From: a virus
Lineage: Duplodnaviria; Caudoviricetes
DNA length: 64,000 nt
IMG/VR virus record: IMGVR_UViG_3300021968_000069
Coordinates: 7,679 to 71,678 of that record
Strand: one strand, 5' to 3'
Every line of letters starts with the position of its first letter. Position 1 is the first letter of the stretch. Shown here in pieces: positions 36,488 through 46,236 of this stretch. A program made the translations under genes and the position numbers. A model generated the notes under the pieces. That model did no database searches, was not told the origin of the DNA, and was given only the letters and a program-made list of their open reading frames with translations.

Positions 36488-36883
36488 TCATTTTGTAAAA
36501 TATAAATAAGCCAAACCAGCAGTGATCATTACACCGCCTGCTGTTCGGACAAATAATTTTCGTTTATACCGACGGATCTCTTTCTCTTTTCCCTTGATAG
36601 CAGTCTCCAGTATTGTACGTTCATCTTTCATCAGTACAAGTTGCCTTTCATAACTACCTACCGTTGCTGTGTCCTTGTCTTTGTATTGCTTTACCATCTC
36701 TTCATACCCGGCAATTCGCTGGTTAAGCAGCAATACCTGTTCATCCAATACTTTCTTTTGTTCAGCAGCTGTCAATATTCTTCTAAGTGCAACATTGGAA
36801 ACAGTCGTGCTATCTGTATCCCTCAACTGCCCGTCTGAGTTCATCGTCGCTAAGATTGCTAACAGTAACAGGAATTTTTTCAT
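36488..36883 (-). CDS. Spanin-like coiled-coil protein with signal peptide and C-terminal TM
   Basis: MKKFLLLLAILATMNSDG/Q, coiled coil, C-terminal GGVMITAGLAYLYF. Confidence 0.55.
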   Translation of the reverse strand: MKKFLLLLAILATMNSDGQLRDTDSTTVSNVALRRILTAAEQKKVLDEQVLLLNQRIAGYEEMVKQYKDKDTATVGSYERQLVLMKDERTILETAIKGKEKEIRRYKRKLFVRTAGGVMITAGLAYLYFTK

Positions 36884-37148
36884 ATCTGATCGTATTAGTT
36901 TTGACCTTGATTTGTAAAACAGAATCTTTTTCATGTAGTTCTTGTATTGCATCTTCCTTCCATTGACGGTAAACGTCCCTTTCCCTGATGACGGCCTGAA
37001 TTGTTTCGTCCTTTGCTTTTATCAGCTCTTTATAATCAATACCTGTTTTTGGTCTTGATAAAAAAGTGAATGCAATAATTATTGCAGCAAAAACAAGTAT
37101 GCCTGCAATAATCCACATCTTTTTATTTGTCGGGTTCATCGGTATCAT
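36810..37148 (-). CDS. i-spanin-like protein (N-terminal TM + coiled coil)
   Basis: WIIAGILVFAAIIIAFTFL; start moved to 37148 (ATGA overlap). Confidence 0.55.
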   Translation of the reverse strand: MIPMNPTNKKMWIIAGILVFAAIIIAFTFLSRPKTGIDYKELIKAKDETIQAVIRERDVYRQWKEDAIQELHEKDSVLQIKVKTNTIRYEKIPVTVSNLSDDELRRAVEGYR

Positions 37149-37489
37149 TTTGTTTCTTTTTCGTGCAGACCCTTCCAATATCCGTCCCAGCTGTGTTGCC
37201 AGTATAATGCACCCTCAACTTTGTGGTCCGTCTTTTCATTTTCTTCACGCTGGACCGTGTATTGACGTGTAACTCTTTCTTCCAGGTTCTGAACTCTCTC
37301 CTGCAAGATCTTTAGATCTTCTGCATCAGCCTTGGTTGCCGTTTTCTTCCAATTATCTTCCGTCTTAAACCAGAAAAGAGTAACAGCTATCAGTCCGGAC
37401 ATTGCCATAAGAAAAGTTTGTGGTGTTAGTAATGAACTATACCACTTGGTTGTCGTTGTCGTCGTTGTTTTAATTGGCTGTTGCATCAT
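37145..37489 (-). CDS. Single-TM coiled-coil protein (lysis cassette)
   Basis: One TM followed by a coiled coil. Confidence 0.6.
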   Translation of the reverse strand: MMQQPIKTTTTTTTKWYSSLLTPQTFLMAMSGLIAVTLFWFKTEDNWKKTATKADAEDLKILQERVQNLEERVTRQYTVQREENEKTDHKVEGALYWQHSWDGYWKGLHEKETK

Positions 37490-37749
37490 TCAACTCCAGC
37501 TTTTTTCATTTCAATAGCACTATCAGCTTTATCAACATCGGATTTATCCTTTGATGAACCGAAATAATAACTTGCTACAGCTCCAAGAACAGCAAGTACA
37601 ATTCCAGCAGCTACATTCAATACAGAATCGTTACCCTCCGGTATTTTAATAAAAAGCAGGGAGAACAAGAATCCGAAACCGCCAACAACGATCAGCATTG
37701 CTATAATGCTTCTTACATTCTTTGCAAACAGGTCAAAAAACTTACTCAT
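37486..37749 (-). CDS. 2-TM holin-like protein
   Basis: Two TMs, then YYFGSS and a charged tail. Confidence 0.65.
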   Translation of the reverse strand: MSKFFDLFAKNVRSIIAMLIVVGGFGFLFSLLFIKIPEGNDSVLNVAAGIVLAVLGAVASYYFGSSKDKSDVDKADSAIEMKKAGVE

Positions 37750-37949
37750 AATGACGAATTTTTATTGTGTGAATCGGGTTTCTTTTTTAAAATATCATGA
37801 AGAGAAATTGAAAGCATAATAAGTCCAATGAATATCATGCAGCCACCAGAAACTTCGCCAATGCTTTTTGCCTTGCTTGTGATCTGAAGCGAAAACCCCG
37901 CAATCACAAGGGCAACAGCAACGGCAATTGGTTTTTTATTCATTTTCAT
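37746..37949 (-). CDS. 2-TM small membrane protein
   Basis: Two hydrophobic segments. Confidence 0.55.
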   Translation of the reverse strand: MKMNKKPIAVAVALVIAGFSLQITSKAKSIGEVSGGCMIFIGLIMLSISLHDILKKKPDSHNKNSSL

Positions 37950-38155
37950 TTTACAAGACTTATAAAGTCCTTGATTGACAATAACCCAAAAATTACAGCG
38001 CCGATCGCAACGCCAATAGCAATTCCTTTCACCAGGGAAAGGATCTTGTCGATCTTAGTATTTAGCTCCTCCCAGTTTCCCTTCAATTCTTCAACATCTT
38101 TCTTGAGTCTTTGAAACTCGGAGTATTGCTGTGGTGTCATTGCCATTGATTGCAT
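37946..38155 (-). CDS. XhlA-like coiled-coil + C-terminal TM protein
   Basis: Coiled coil then GIAIGVAIGAVIFGLL. Confidence 0.55.
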   Translation of the reverse strand: MQSMAMTPQQYSEFQRLKKDVEELKGNWEELNTKIDKILSLVKGIAIGVAIGAVIFGLLSIKDFISLVK

Positions 38156-38161
38156 GAATTT

Positions 38162-40477
38162 TTATTTTTTCTTCACTTGAATATTCTTCTCATTACTATA
38201 TCCCACCTGTCCATTAGATAAAACAACTTTAAGCCGGTATGAATACTGGCCGGGTGTTGGAATATTATTATCAGCGTATGGACTTGTTGGATAATTTGCT
38301 ATTGATGCAAAAGGACTGCTCCCTTTTCTTCTTTCCAGCTGCGTTAATGAAATGGTGCCGGTAGATGAATAACTAAATACCAGGGTGACCTGTGATGCTC
38401 CTGTGGATGATCCATTAAGACTTGCCGTTATGGTATAAGTTGGGGGCGGCGGTGGTGGCGGAGTGATCAGAGTAGTTCCCGATATTGTTTCACTTGCTAA
38501 TGAAACATTGCCTGCCGCATCTTTTGCTGTATAGAAAAATTCATACGTTGTTCCTTCTGATAAATTATTGAACGATTCAGATAGATTGGTTGATGTTCGT
38601 TGCAGCCAGCTTCCGCCTGATGCTCTCCAATTCACTTCATAACTAACTATGCCAACATTATCACTTGCTCCTGCATGATTGAATGTGAGTGAAGATGTAG
38701 TTGCATTGGTTACTGTCGGAGTGCCATTAAGTGTTGGGGCTTGGGTATCTGGAGCAGGAGGTAGTACCGGTACTGTATCTCCCAATGTAAATCTTATATG
38801 ATTGCTTGTATCAGAATAATTACCGAACAGATCATAATACCTGCACCAAATATCATAAGCTCTTATTGGCATCCCGGTAATACCGCCTGGAAAGTAGGTG
38901 CCCCATGTCCAACTAGCACCATCTAAATAAACTATTGCACCTGCCACAGCTTCTCCCGGAAGTGAGGGATCAGCAGTTACATAAAAATAACCTTCGCCAT
39001 TTGCATTTACTCCGTATCCCGGCGATTGATTAAGCCCACCGTACAATCTAAAATTAACTGGTCTTGACGGAGGCGTATTGTCAATGGGCCACGGATGGCA
39101 TTCTCTACCTGGTTGTATTACAGGAGTTGAAACAAAAAATATTGGATCGTTTAAATTTAAAACACCTCCTGACTGACAAAATTCAGTTAAGGAAGGAACT
39201 TTAGTTACCGAAGCGATCAACGCTGCTTTTATCTGTACGAATGTCCAATCAGGATGTGCGGCTCTTATTAATGCTGCTGCACCTGATACTTGCGGAGTAG
39301 CCATTGATGTACCTGATTTTTCTCCGTAACCAGAACCACTTGTACTTGTTGGTATGGTTGATAAAATACCGGTACCAGGCGCAAATAAACAAACTGTTGT
39401 TTTACCAATATCGCTGAATGATGCCCTGTTGTTACTCCAATCGCTTGCCCCAACTGCCATTACATTTGGACATACTTTTATGTAGTTTGCCGGGTAGAAA
39501 TCATTCACATCATTATCCAATGCTGAATTTCCTGCGGCTGCTATAAATCCTATATCGGCTGCGGCTGCTCTATCGATCGCATCTTTCATTCCTTCTGATG
39601 GGCCACCGCCACCCCATGAATTTGATGAATGAGAAATTTTTAACTCAGGATGTAACAATTTCAATCCTGTTAAGTAATCCATTGCCTTTATAGCGTTATC
39701 AATATAACCTCCACCGCCTCCTAAGAAGGGACAAGCAATCATCGTTACATAAGGGCTTACACCGATAACTCCTTTTTGATTGCCTCCTCTCGCACCGATC
39801 GTTCCTGCAACGTGAGTGCCGTGTGATAATGACGGACCTAAGTAAATATTGTTGCTGTTGATCACAAAATTGTACCCGTTCATATCATCTATGTAGCCAT
39901 TGCCGTCATCATCAATTCCGTTCTCTGTTTCGTAGGGGTTGTTCCATATCTGATCTTTTAGATCCTCATGGCAATTAAGTAATGGCTCATCGATAATACC
40001 AACGATCACCGACGTACTACCGTAGTTACCGTGTGCAAAAGCATCCGCTTGATGAATAGCTGATGCGGCCCATAGTTGATTATATAAAGGGTCATCAGGA
40101 ATGCTTTGTGTATATACAGCCCAATTCTTTTCGGCATAAACAACACCTGGATTTTTCCTCAACTCATTAATAATATTATCTTCTTTCCCCGGCTGTGCGA
40201 TCATTTTGTAAAAACCATTATCACCCTTACGCTGCATTGCTTTTGTATAGATGTGCTTTGCACTTGCAGATATTTTATTCAATGAGTTATTGTCTCTTAA
40301 CTTAAACAATACTACCCCCGGTTCGAAAGATGGTTTCTTAGCAGTCCCTTCATTAAAGAATTCGTATTTTTTTTCTTCCACCACTTTTGACTGTGGAATA
40401 TCGCTCCAATCTTCTTTTGCTTTGTTACAGGAAAAGAAGCAGAGAATAATAAGGGTTGTTAGTAATAGGTTTTTCAT
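38162..40477 (-). CDS. Lipoprotein subtilisin-family (S8) serine protease with FN3/Ig C-terminal domains
   Basis: CFFS-C lipobox; catalytic triad motifs GIIDE, HGTHVAGTIGA, SGTSMATP; DTQAP...SYEV FN3; poly-Pro linker. Confidence 0.92.
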   Translation of the reverse strand: MKNLLLTTLIILCFFSCNKAKEDWSDIPQSKVVEEKKYEFFNEGTAKKPSFEPGVVLFKLRDNNSLNKISASAKHIYTKAMQRKGDNGFYKMIAQPGKEDNIINELRKNPGVVYAEKNWAVYTQSIPDDPLYNQLWAASAIHQADAFAHGNYGSTSVIVGIIDEPLLNCHEDLKDQIWNNPYETENGIDDDGNGYIDDMNGYNFVINSNNIYLGPSLSHGTHVAGTIGARGGNQKGVIGVSPYVTMIACPFLGGGGGYIDNAIKAMDYLTGLKLLHPELKISHSSNSWGGGGPSEGMKDAIDRAAAADIGFIAAAGNSALDNDVNDFYPANYIKVCPNVMAVGASDWSNNRASFSDIGKTTVCLFAPGTGILSTIPTSTSGSGYGEKSGTSMATPQVSGAAALIRAAHPDWTFVQIKAALIASVTKVPSLTEFCQSGGVLNLNDPIFFVSTPVIQPGRECHPWPIDNTPPSRPVNFRLYGGLNQSPGYGVNANGEGYFYVTADPSLPGEAVAGAIVYLDGASWTWGTYFPGGITGMPIRAYDIWCRYYDLFGNYSDTSNHIRFTLGDTVPVLPPAPDTQAPTLNGTPTVTNATTSSLTFNHAGASDNVGIVSYEVNWRASGGSWLQRTSTNLSESFNNLSEGTTYEFFYTAKDAAGNVSLASETISGTTLITPPPPPPPTYTITASLNGSSTGASQVTLVFSYSSTGTISLTQLERRKGSSPFASIANYPTSPYADNNIPTPGQYSYRLKVVLSNGQVGYSNEKNIQVKKK

Positions 40478-40644
40478 TGTTTGGATATTGGTTGTTCTTT
40501 TAAAGAAGCAAGTTTATCAATAGAATCTTTTTTGGCCTGCTCAATACGAGCTGCCTTTATAAATCCATCGGGTGGATCCTTCCAATCGTTGCAGGAAATA
40601 AGGAACAGCGAAACAAGCACAATGAGTAGTAGGATCTTTTTCAT
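40474..40644 (-). CDS. 56-aa lipoprotein
   Basis: Read by hand: MKKILLLIVLVSLFLIS-CNDWKDPP...; ATGA overlap with the S8 gene. Confidence 0.65.
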   Translation of the reverse strand: MKKILLLIVLVSLFLISCNDWKDPPDGFIKAARIEQAKKDSIDKLASLKEQPISKQ

Positions 40645-40662
40645 GATATTGAGATTTTATTT

Positions 40663-41481
40663 TTAATTTCTGAGTGTAGTAAAAATTACTGTTGTATCAT
40701 TTTGCATTACTCCTAATGAATTGAGTCCGATCCACCACATCGGATGAACAGCAGTAAGTGATGAGCCCATTATGGGGGCCCAACCGATTTCACCTGGGGC
40801 ATTACCCCAATTATATTCACTTATCTTAACTCCATTTTCCCATATTGATTGGTGTCTAAGTCCTAGAGTGTGACCGCATTCGTGGCTGCTTTCATCACTG
40901 ACGTTCTTTAAACTATATCCTAGCAATGCAGTGAATACAAAACATGGTGAATCGTCAAACCAACCAAATGAATTTAAGTATGCCACTCCACCGACACTAT
41001 TGCCATACCATTCATTAGATCTGGTGATAATGCATCTTCTTCTTTTATTCTGCGGATAGGTATTAAAAACTGCTTCATCGGTTGTTACAGTTATTGTAGG
41101 AAAAACTGAATAATGAGATCTTACTGTATCAAGTACCAACTGCTGCTGCTCTTCTGTTAATCCTGAAGAGTCACAAGGAATATCACCACTCACATTCCAC
41201 ACTGTGCCGGATAAATTATGGCCATCAAAATCTAAAAGGATGCATCCGTTGTGAGTTATTACAGGCGGCGGTTCTCCTGGTCTTTTTCTTTTGGCAACCG
41301 TAATGTCATTGACCTTTTTATCCATTTCAGGATTCTCTAATACCACGTCAATAAGATGCTTTGTAGTATCAACTTTTACAATGTCCGGCTTTGGTGTTTT
41401 GTCGTCTTTCGGCTGACCACTGAAATCGCAACCAAATAAGGCTGCTGAAATTATCAATATTGGAATTATAAGTTTTTTCAT
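40663..41481 (-). CDS. Lipoprotein metzincin zinc metallopeptidase
   Basis: ALFG-C lipobox; HECGHTLGLRH (HExxHxxGxxH) and a downstream IMG Met-turn. Confidence 0.85.
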   Translation of the reverse strand: MKKLIIPILIISAALFGCDFSGQPKDDKTPKPDIVKVDTTKHLIDVVLENPEMDKKVNDITVAKRKRPGEPPPVITHNGCILLDFDGHNLSGTVWNVSGDIPCDSSGLTEEQQQLVLDTVRSHYSVFPTITVTTDEAVFNTYPQNKRRRCIITRSNEWYGNSVGGVAYLNSFGWFDDSPCFVFTALLGYSLKNVSDESSHECGHTLGLRHQSIWENGVKISEYNWGNAPGEIGWAPIMGSSLTAVHPMWWIGLNSLGVMQNDTTVIFTTLRN

Positions 41482-41491
41482 CGTTTAGTTT

Positions 41492-41779
41492 TTATAATAT
41501 TGGTTTTTTAATTTGTTGAGTAAATTCACTTCCATATCCCTTTAATCCTCCCAGCTCGATGTATGCCTGGAATGTCCACTGACCAACAACGTCAATATCA
41601 CCGTTGGCTACATTATAAATAAGGTTTGTACCAGATACAGATGCATTCCAATAACCTTCTGTTCCACCAGGCTTTTTATATAATATCCTTGTTACCTCTG
41701 CGGAAGCAAGGTCATCGTAGTGAGTTTTGGCAACTATTGAGAAAAGGCTCTGTGTTTTAAAAATCGACATGACTCTCAA
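41492..41779 (-). CDS. Small structural protein (BppU N-terminal-like)
   Basis: YKKPGGTEG.W.A...LIY....GDIDVVGQWTFQAYI. Confidence 0.55.
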   Translation of the reverse strand: MRVMSIFKTQSLFSIVAKTHYDDLASAEVTRILYKKPGGTEGYWNASVSGTNLIYNVANGDIDVVGQWTFQAYIELGGLKGYGSEFTQQIKKPIL

Positions 41780-43496
41780 AATTTAATTCTGTTACTATTT
41801 TCGATTCAAACGTCAACTCCCATCCTTCAAAATGACTATCAAATTCTAAGGCTTTATTGATAATGCTTTCTCCAACCATCTCATGATCTATTTCAGATTC
41901 AAACACTATACTGGTGGCAATGGCGCTACAGATAATAATTTGCACACGTTTGAAAATGGTAATAGCATCTGATAAAGTGATCGTATCTGAAAGCGTTACA
42001 TCCAATTCGCTTTGAAGGCTCGCTGTTATTTCATCTGCCAGTGTGATGTTATCTGTAAATGATCTTATATATTCTTTTATAGTACTTACCAGGTCTGAAA
42101 GACTCACGGTATCCGTAACAACCTTACCTGTTGCTTTGAATATGGCATCTGAAATACTTGCTGTGTCAGATAGTTGTTTGGTGAACGACTTACTTATTTG
42201 GTCAGTTGAGGTTGTTTGATCGGCAACAACTTTGACTATTGTTTTAAAAATTAGATCAGTGACGGAAATTTCATCTGAAAGTGTTAAATCGTAATCTATA
42301 GGACCGCCGCCGCCTGTAGTAAGGTCAACATCAATCGCATCTGTTAATGTGATAATATCAGTAACAACTTTTGTAATACTTTTTACCAATGCATCACTCA
42401 GTGTAATTCCCTCAACCATTGCTTTTGTAACTGCCTTACTGATCGCATCTGATAAAGTAATTGAATCCGACTTTGCAAGGAAAACACTCTTTACAATGGC
42501 ATCTGCAGCAGTAATTGAATCTGATTTATTAAGGCCGCATGTTTTTGCAATAGTATCAGACAGGGTAAGTGTATCACTGAAGGTCCTGTTAAATGCAATT
42601 GTTAAACTGATCGCATCGGAAAGAGATGTAATGTCACCCTTATTAATGCCGATCGCTTTTGAAATAGCGTCAGTAAGAGTGACCATATCTGAAAGCTCCA
42701 GCAATATTATTTTTAAAATATCGATAGCATCGGACAGTGTAATTGAATCACTTTTAACCAGGCCAATCGCTTTTGAAACCGCATCTGAAAGGTTTAAACT
42801 GTCAGCTTTATTTAACGAAAGATTTTTTACAATGGAGTCTGTAAGTGTGATCGTATCTGACTTGCTTAATGTTATACTTTTTGTAATAGCATCAGTCAGC
42901 GTTAATGAATCCGACTTATGAAGAGCAACTGCAAGGACTATTGCATCTGATAGTGTAATTGTATCAGAAAACGACCTCAGATAAGTTACCGTAAGAGAAA
43001 TGATATCAGACAACGTAAGTGAATCACTTTTTTTTAATCCTATACCTTTTACAATAGCATCACCGAGTGTTTCACTATCGGATTTAAACAGTACGGTTGC
43101 AATCACCTTGGCATCAGACAGTGTTATTGTATCAGCCTTATTAAGAGTGATCGCTTTTATAATAGCATCAGTAAGACTAATGGTATCACTTTTAAAAAGG
43201 CCAGCAGTTTTTACAATTGCATCTGAAAGAGTTTCAGTGTCGGATTTTTTGAGTGTCGGACTTAAAACATTTGCATCACTCAGTGTAACAGTATCCGACT
43301 TACTAAGTGTTAGCGCTTTGACAATGGCATCGGATAAAGTGATTGTATCAGCAAGGGCCCTGTTAAAAACTTTTGTAAGGCTGGCGGCATCTGACAATGT
43401 TATAGTATCGGCAAAGTTTTGGGCAAAGTTTGTTGGATAAAACACAATTCGTGTTATATGCGGTTTAATCGGATATGATCTTCCGTGCCTTGCCAT
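41757..43496 (-). CDS. Repeat-rich putative virion appendage protein (about 26 repeats of 18-20 aa)
   Basis: Consensus DTITLSDAIVK.I.L.KS. Confidence 0.75.
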   Translation of the reverse strand: MARHGRSYPIKPHITRIVFYPTNFAQNFADTITLSDAASLTKVFNRALADTITLSDAIVKALTLSKSDTVTLSDANVLSPTLKKSDTETLSDAIVKTAGLFKSDTISLTDAIIKAITLNKADTITLSDAKVIATVLFKSDSETLGDAIVKGIGLKKSDSLTLSDIISLTVTYLRSFSDTITLSDAIVLAVALHKSDSLTLTDAITKSITLSKSDTITLTDSIVKNLSLNKADSLNLSDAVSKAIGLVKSDSITLSDAIDILKIILLELSDMVTLTDAISKAIGINKGDITSLSDAISLTIAFNRTFSDTLTLSDTIAKTCGLNKSDSITAADAIVKSVFLAKSDSITLSDAISKAVTKAMVEGITLSDALVKSITKVVTDIITLTDAIDVDLTTGGGGPIDYDLTLSDEISVTDLIFKTIVKVVADQTTSTDQISKSFTKQLSDTASISDAIFKATGKVVTDTVSLSDLVSTIKEYIRSFTDNITLADEITASLQSELDVTLSDTITLSDAITIFKRVQIIICSAIATSIVFESEIDHEMVGESIINKALEFDSHFEGWELTFESKIVTELNFESHVDF

Positions 43497-44713
43497 TAAT
43501 AATAAGCTGCTCTTTTTACAGATTGGTTAATGTTTACTATTTTATTGGGAATAGCGGCTATTTCTTGAAACTCTGCTTCTATCATTGCACTAGCCCACCA
43601 AGGATCTGGGGCTGCATCACTTGTAAAGCATCTCATTCTGACATTATTGAAATTTCCATTGCCACTTAATGTCCATACACTTGCAGCGCTTGGAGGATCA
43701 CTATAAAATTTTCTTGCGTAAGCTGCGGTTGTTCCTGGTGCTGTTGTTGTATTAAGAACATCATCAAGTGAACCGTTATCGTTTAGTGCAATTCTTAAAT
43801 TATGTGTTCCTGCTGCTGATGAAGCATGAGCAACAATCGCTTCTACTGCTCTTGGAGCATTTGTTGGTGTGCTTATTCCTGGCGCTGGTCCTAATACCAC
43901 TTCAACATAATCTGTTGCATTAGGAGGTGCAATAAGATTTATATATTCTGATACCACTCCTGATTTTAATGGAACGTCATCTATTAACTGAAAAGCTGTT
44001 GTTGTTGAATTAATAATATCTGTACCTGTTGCACTTCTTTCAAAATCATTTGCCCCCGCCACATTATGCGTACCATCTGAAGTAGGTACAAAGTGGTTTA
44101 CATATCCTGCACCTAATGGATAATCGACAATTGTATTTGAGGCTAGAAAATCATCGAAGAAAACATCTGCAGTAATCGAACCAGTACGTAAGTTCACGCC
44201 AAAAACAAAATTTGTTGGAGTTGCTGCCGCTCTAACCTGAGTAGCAGGATTTGATAATTGAACCCCGTCTACTTTTCCATCATAAGTCCAAGGATTAGCT
44301 GAAGAATTTACATAAAGTTCTACTCTATACCATACACCAGTAGTTACACTTACTCCTCCAGAAATAATTGAAGTGCCTCCAGCTGTTTCATTCCCGACAT
44401 CTATTTTACTTGTACTCTGTTTAAATCCTAATCCAACTTTTATTGTGCCATCTGTTACATAAAGTAAAAGACAGTCTGCGCTAGGAAGTGTTGCAAAGTT
44501 GATATAGCATCTAATTATCCATTTATCAGATGCTGTCAATGTAATTGTTGTTGCTATATGTCCCGTAGAAACTGCAGTTGGATTAAATCTATGACTTCTT
44601 GCGCCGCTTCTAACAGTAGAAGTAGAGTAAGAGCCCTGAGTAGAAGCTATGTGTAGGCTAGAACTAGTAACTCCGCATTCAAATCCACAACAAAATACTG
44701 GGGCAATTGGCAT
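43496..44713 (-). CDS. Lectin/LamG-like beta-sandwich putative virion protein
   Basis: Beta-rich, Thr/Ser/Gly-rich; VTTGVWYRVELY...FFDDF. Confidence 0.55.
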   Translation of the reverse strand: MPIAPVFCCGFECGVTSSSLHIASTQGSYSTSTVRSGARSHRFNPTAVSTGHIATTITLTASDKWIIRCYINFATLPSADCLLLYVTDGTIKVGLGFKQSTSKIDVGNETAGGTSIISGGVSVTTGVWYRVELYVNSSANPWTYDGKVDGVQLSNPATQVRAAATPTNFVFGVNLRTGSITADVFFDDFLASNTIVDYPLGAGYVNHFVPTSDGTHNVAGANDFERSATGTDIINSTTTAFQLIDDVPLKSGVVSEYINLIAPPNATDYVEVVLGPAPGISTPTNAPRAVEAIVAHASSAAGTHNLRIALNDNGSLDDVLNTTTAPGTTAAYARKFYSDPPSAASVWTLSGNGNFNNVRMRCFTSDAAPDPWWASAMIEAEFQEIAAIPNKIVNINQSVKRAAYY

Positions 44714-44716
44714 AAA

Positions 44717-45238
44717 TTATACTTCAAATATTATATAGCAGATACAGTTTACAGCAGCTCCGGCCTTTACCCTTATTCTAAGAAAATCAGCCGCCTTCCA
44801 ACATGGTTCTAAACCCAATGCAAATTGTTTTATATACTGGTTTGTTGGGGCGACAAACTGTACATCATAAAGTTTGGTAGCGGTAATTGTCCCTTCTGCT
44901 GAAGCTGTATATCCTGATTCATCCCCGGCCGCTGTAAATGCCAGGGGGAAATCATCTGTAACCGCTCCCGCATTAGGATCTCCGATATTGAAAATATCAG
45001 CAGCTACAAATTCAGTGATCGTTGCCGCAACAGTGCCAGTGGAAAGTAACTCTACTTCTATTGGTGTTGCAGCCGCCGATCCGTCAAACGAAATACCCCA
45101 TTCTTTAATCTTACCTACCTGGTTAGTAGAACCACCAAGTTTTAATTGCAGCATTGTTTTTAAACCTGTTCCTGTAGTTACGGCCACAAAAGAGACAGTT
45201 GTAGGAGCTGGCCCATTAAATACTTGATAAAGTCCCAT
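44717..45238 (-). CDS. Putative structural protein
   Basis: Beta-rich; in the appendage module. Confidence 0.55.
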   Translation of the reverse strand: MGLYQVFNGPAPTTVSFVAVTTGTGLKTMLQLKLGGSTNQVGKIKEWGISFDGSAAATPIEVELLSTGTVAATITEFVAADIFNIGDPNAGAVTDDFPLAFTAAGDESGYTASAEGTITATKLYDVQFVAPTNQYIKQFALGLEPCWKAADFLRIRVKAGAAVNCICYIIFEV

Positions 45239-45255
45239 AGTTTATTTTCCTCCTA

Positions 45256-45702
45256 TTAAGCGAACGTCAATGTCCATGAAATTGAAAGCGTATCAGCAGC
45301 ACCTTTGTTCACGACAGAAAAAGATGCACTCATCCACATATTTACTGTGTTTGCTGTAACTACATCAAATACTCCTGCTTCTGTAATGGCTCCAGTGCCA
45401 TCACCAGCTGCCCAATCACCAACCATTGTGACAACTGCTCCAGATCTTGTTTTGCTTGTTAGAGCATTACGATCTATTTCTGTCCCCAGCAATGTTGCTG
45501 CCGGAGATCCGGTACCGATAGCCATATGGGTTGGTTTGCCGAGGGTTGGTGAACCGATGATCTGATCAGCGGCGCCGTTCTTTCCGGCTGTTGTTACAGT
45601 GTTAAACACATTTCTTTCCTCCTTGATGTTACCTTTTTCATCACGAAGGACAAGGTGCATGTGCCATTTTGTTTTGCTTCTTGAGTTCAATTTTGTTTTC
45701 AT
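45256..45702 (-). CDS. Putative tail/appendage structural protein
   Basis: NTVTTAGKN, HMAIGTG, GAITEAGVF, DTLSISWTLTF. Confidence 0.6.
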   Translation of the reverse strand: MKTKLNSRSKTKWHMHLVLRDEKGNIKEERNVFNTVTTAGKNGAADQIIGSPTLGKPTHMAIGTGSPAATLLGTEIDRNALTSKTRSGAVVTMVGDWAAGDGTGAITEAGVFDVVTANTVNMWMSASFSVVNKGAADTLSISWTLTFA

Positions 45703-45718
45703 GACTATACTTTATTTT

Positions 45719-45943
45719 TTAATTATTAATATTTTTTATATCACCTGCAGCCAGGAAATTGGCAGCTGTTTTTTCTATGAGTAAAATTTTATCCCCTTTG
45801 TTATATTGCCTGCCGTGTTTATACATGCCCCCCTCAGCCACCACCTCATATTCCTTCTTCTCAAATGAAATTGGATTTACATTCGATGGACCTACCCTGT
45901 CATTGGATTTTATCTTCTCATTAAATTCTAACTTGTGGTGCAT
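45719..45943 (-). CDS. Small hypothetical late protein
   Basis: ORF track. Confidence 0.6.
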   Translation of the reverse strand: MHHKLEFNEKIKSNDRVGPSNVNPISFEKKEYEVVAEGGMYKHGRQYNKGDKILLIEKTAANFLAAGDIKNINN

Positions 45944-45969
45944 GATTTTTATTTATTAGTTTTAAAAAA

Positions 45970-46236
45970 CTACCATTTACCGATAGGACAAGATTCATCA
46001 ACTACTAAGCTTTTTTCAACACAAGGACATTTACACTGCGTACAAAAAAGATCATGACCAACAACTGCTTCATCATTTACAAAATGAAAAACACGTTTTG
46101 CTTTTGCATGATCACAAAAGCGGCAAACCTTCAACCGCATTTCAGAGAGCTTTGCTTCTGCTGTACTGATCGGTATTAATCCAAGCACTTTGCACCAGCC
46201 TTTTAATATGTGAATGAGCTTTTTCATTCGCAGCAC
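45970..46236 (-). CDS. Cys-rich zinc-finger-like protein
   Basis: CRFC, CTQCKCPC, CPIGKW. Confidence 0.6.
   Translation of the reverse strand: MLRMKKLIHILKGWCKVLGLIPISTAEAKLSEMRLKVCRFCDHAKAKRVFHFVNDEAVVGHDLFCTQCKCPCVEKSLVVDESCPIGKW

Noticed and set aside
41757-43496. CRISPR array or DNA-level tandem repeat
   Set aside because: The periodicity is at the protein level with diverged codons; there is no repeat-spacer structure anywhere in the window
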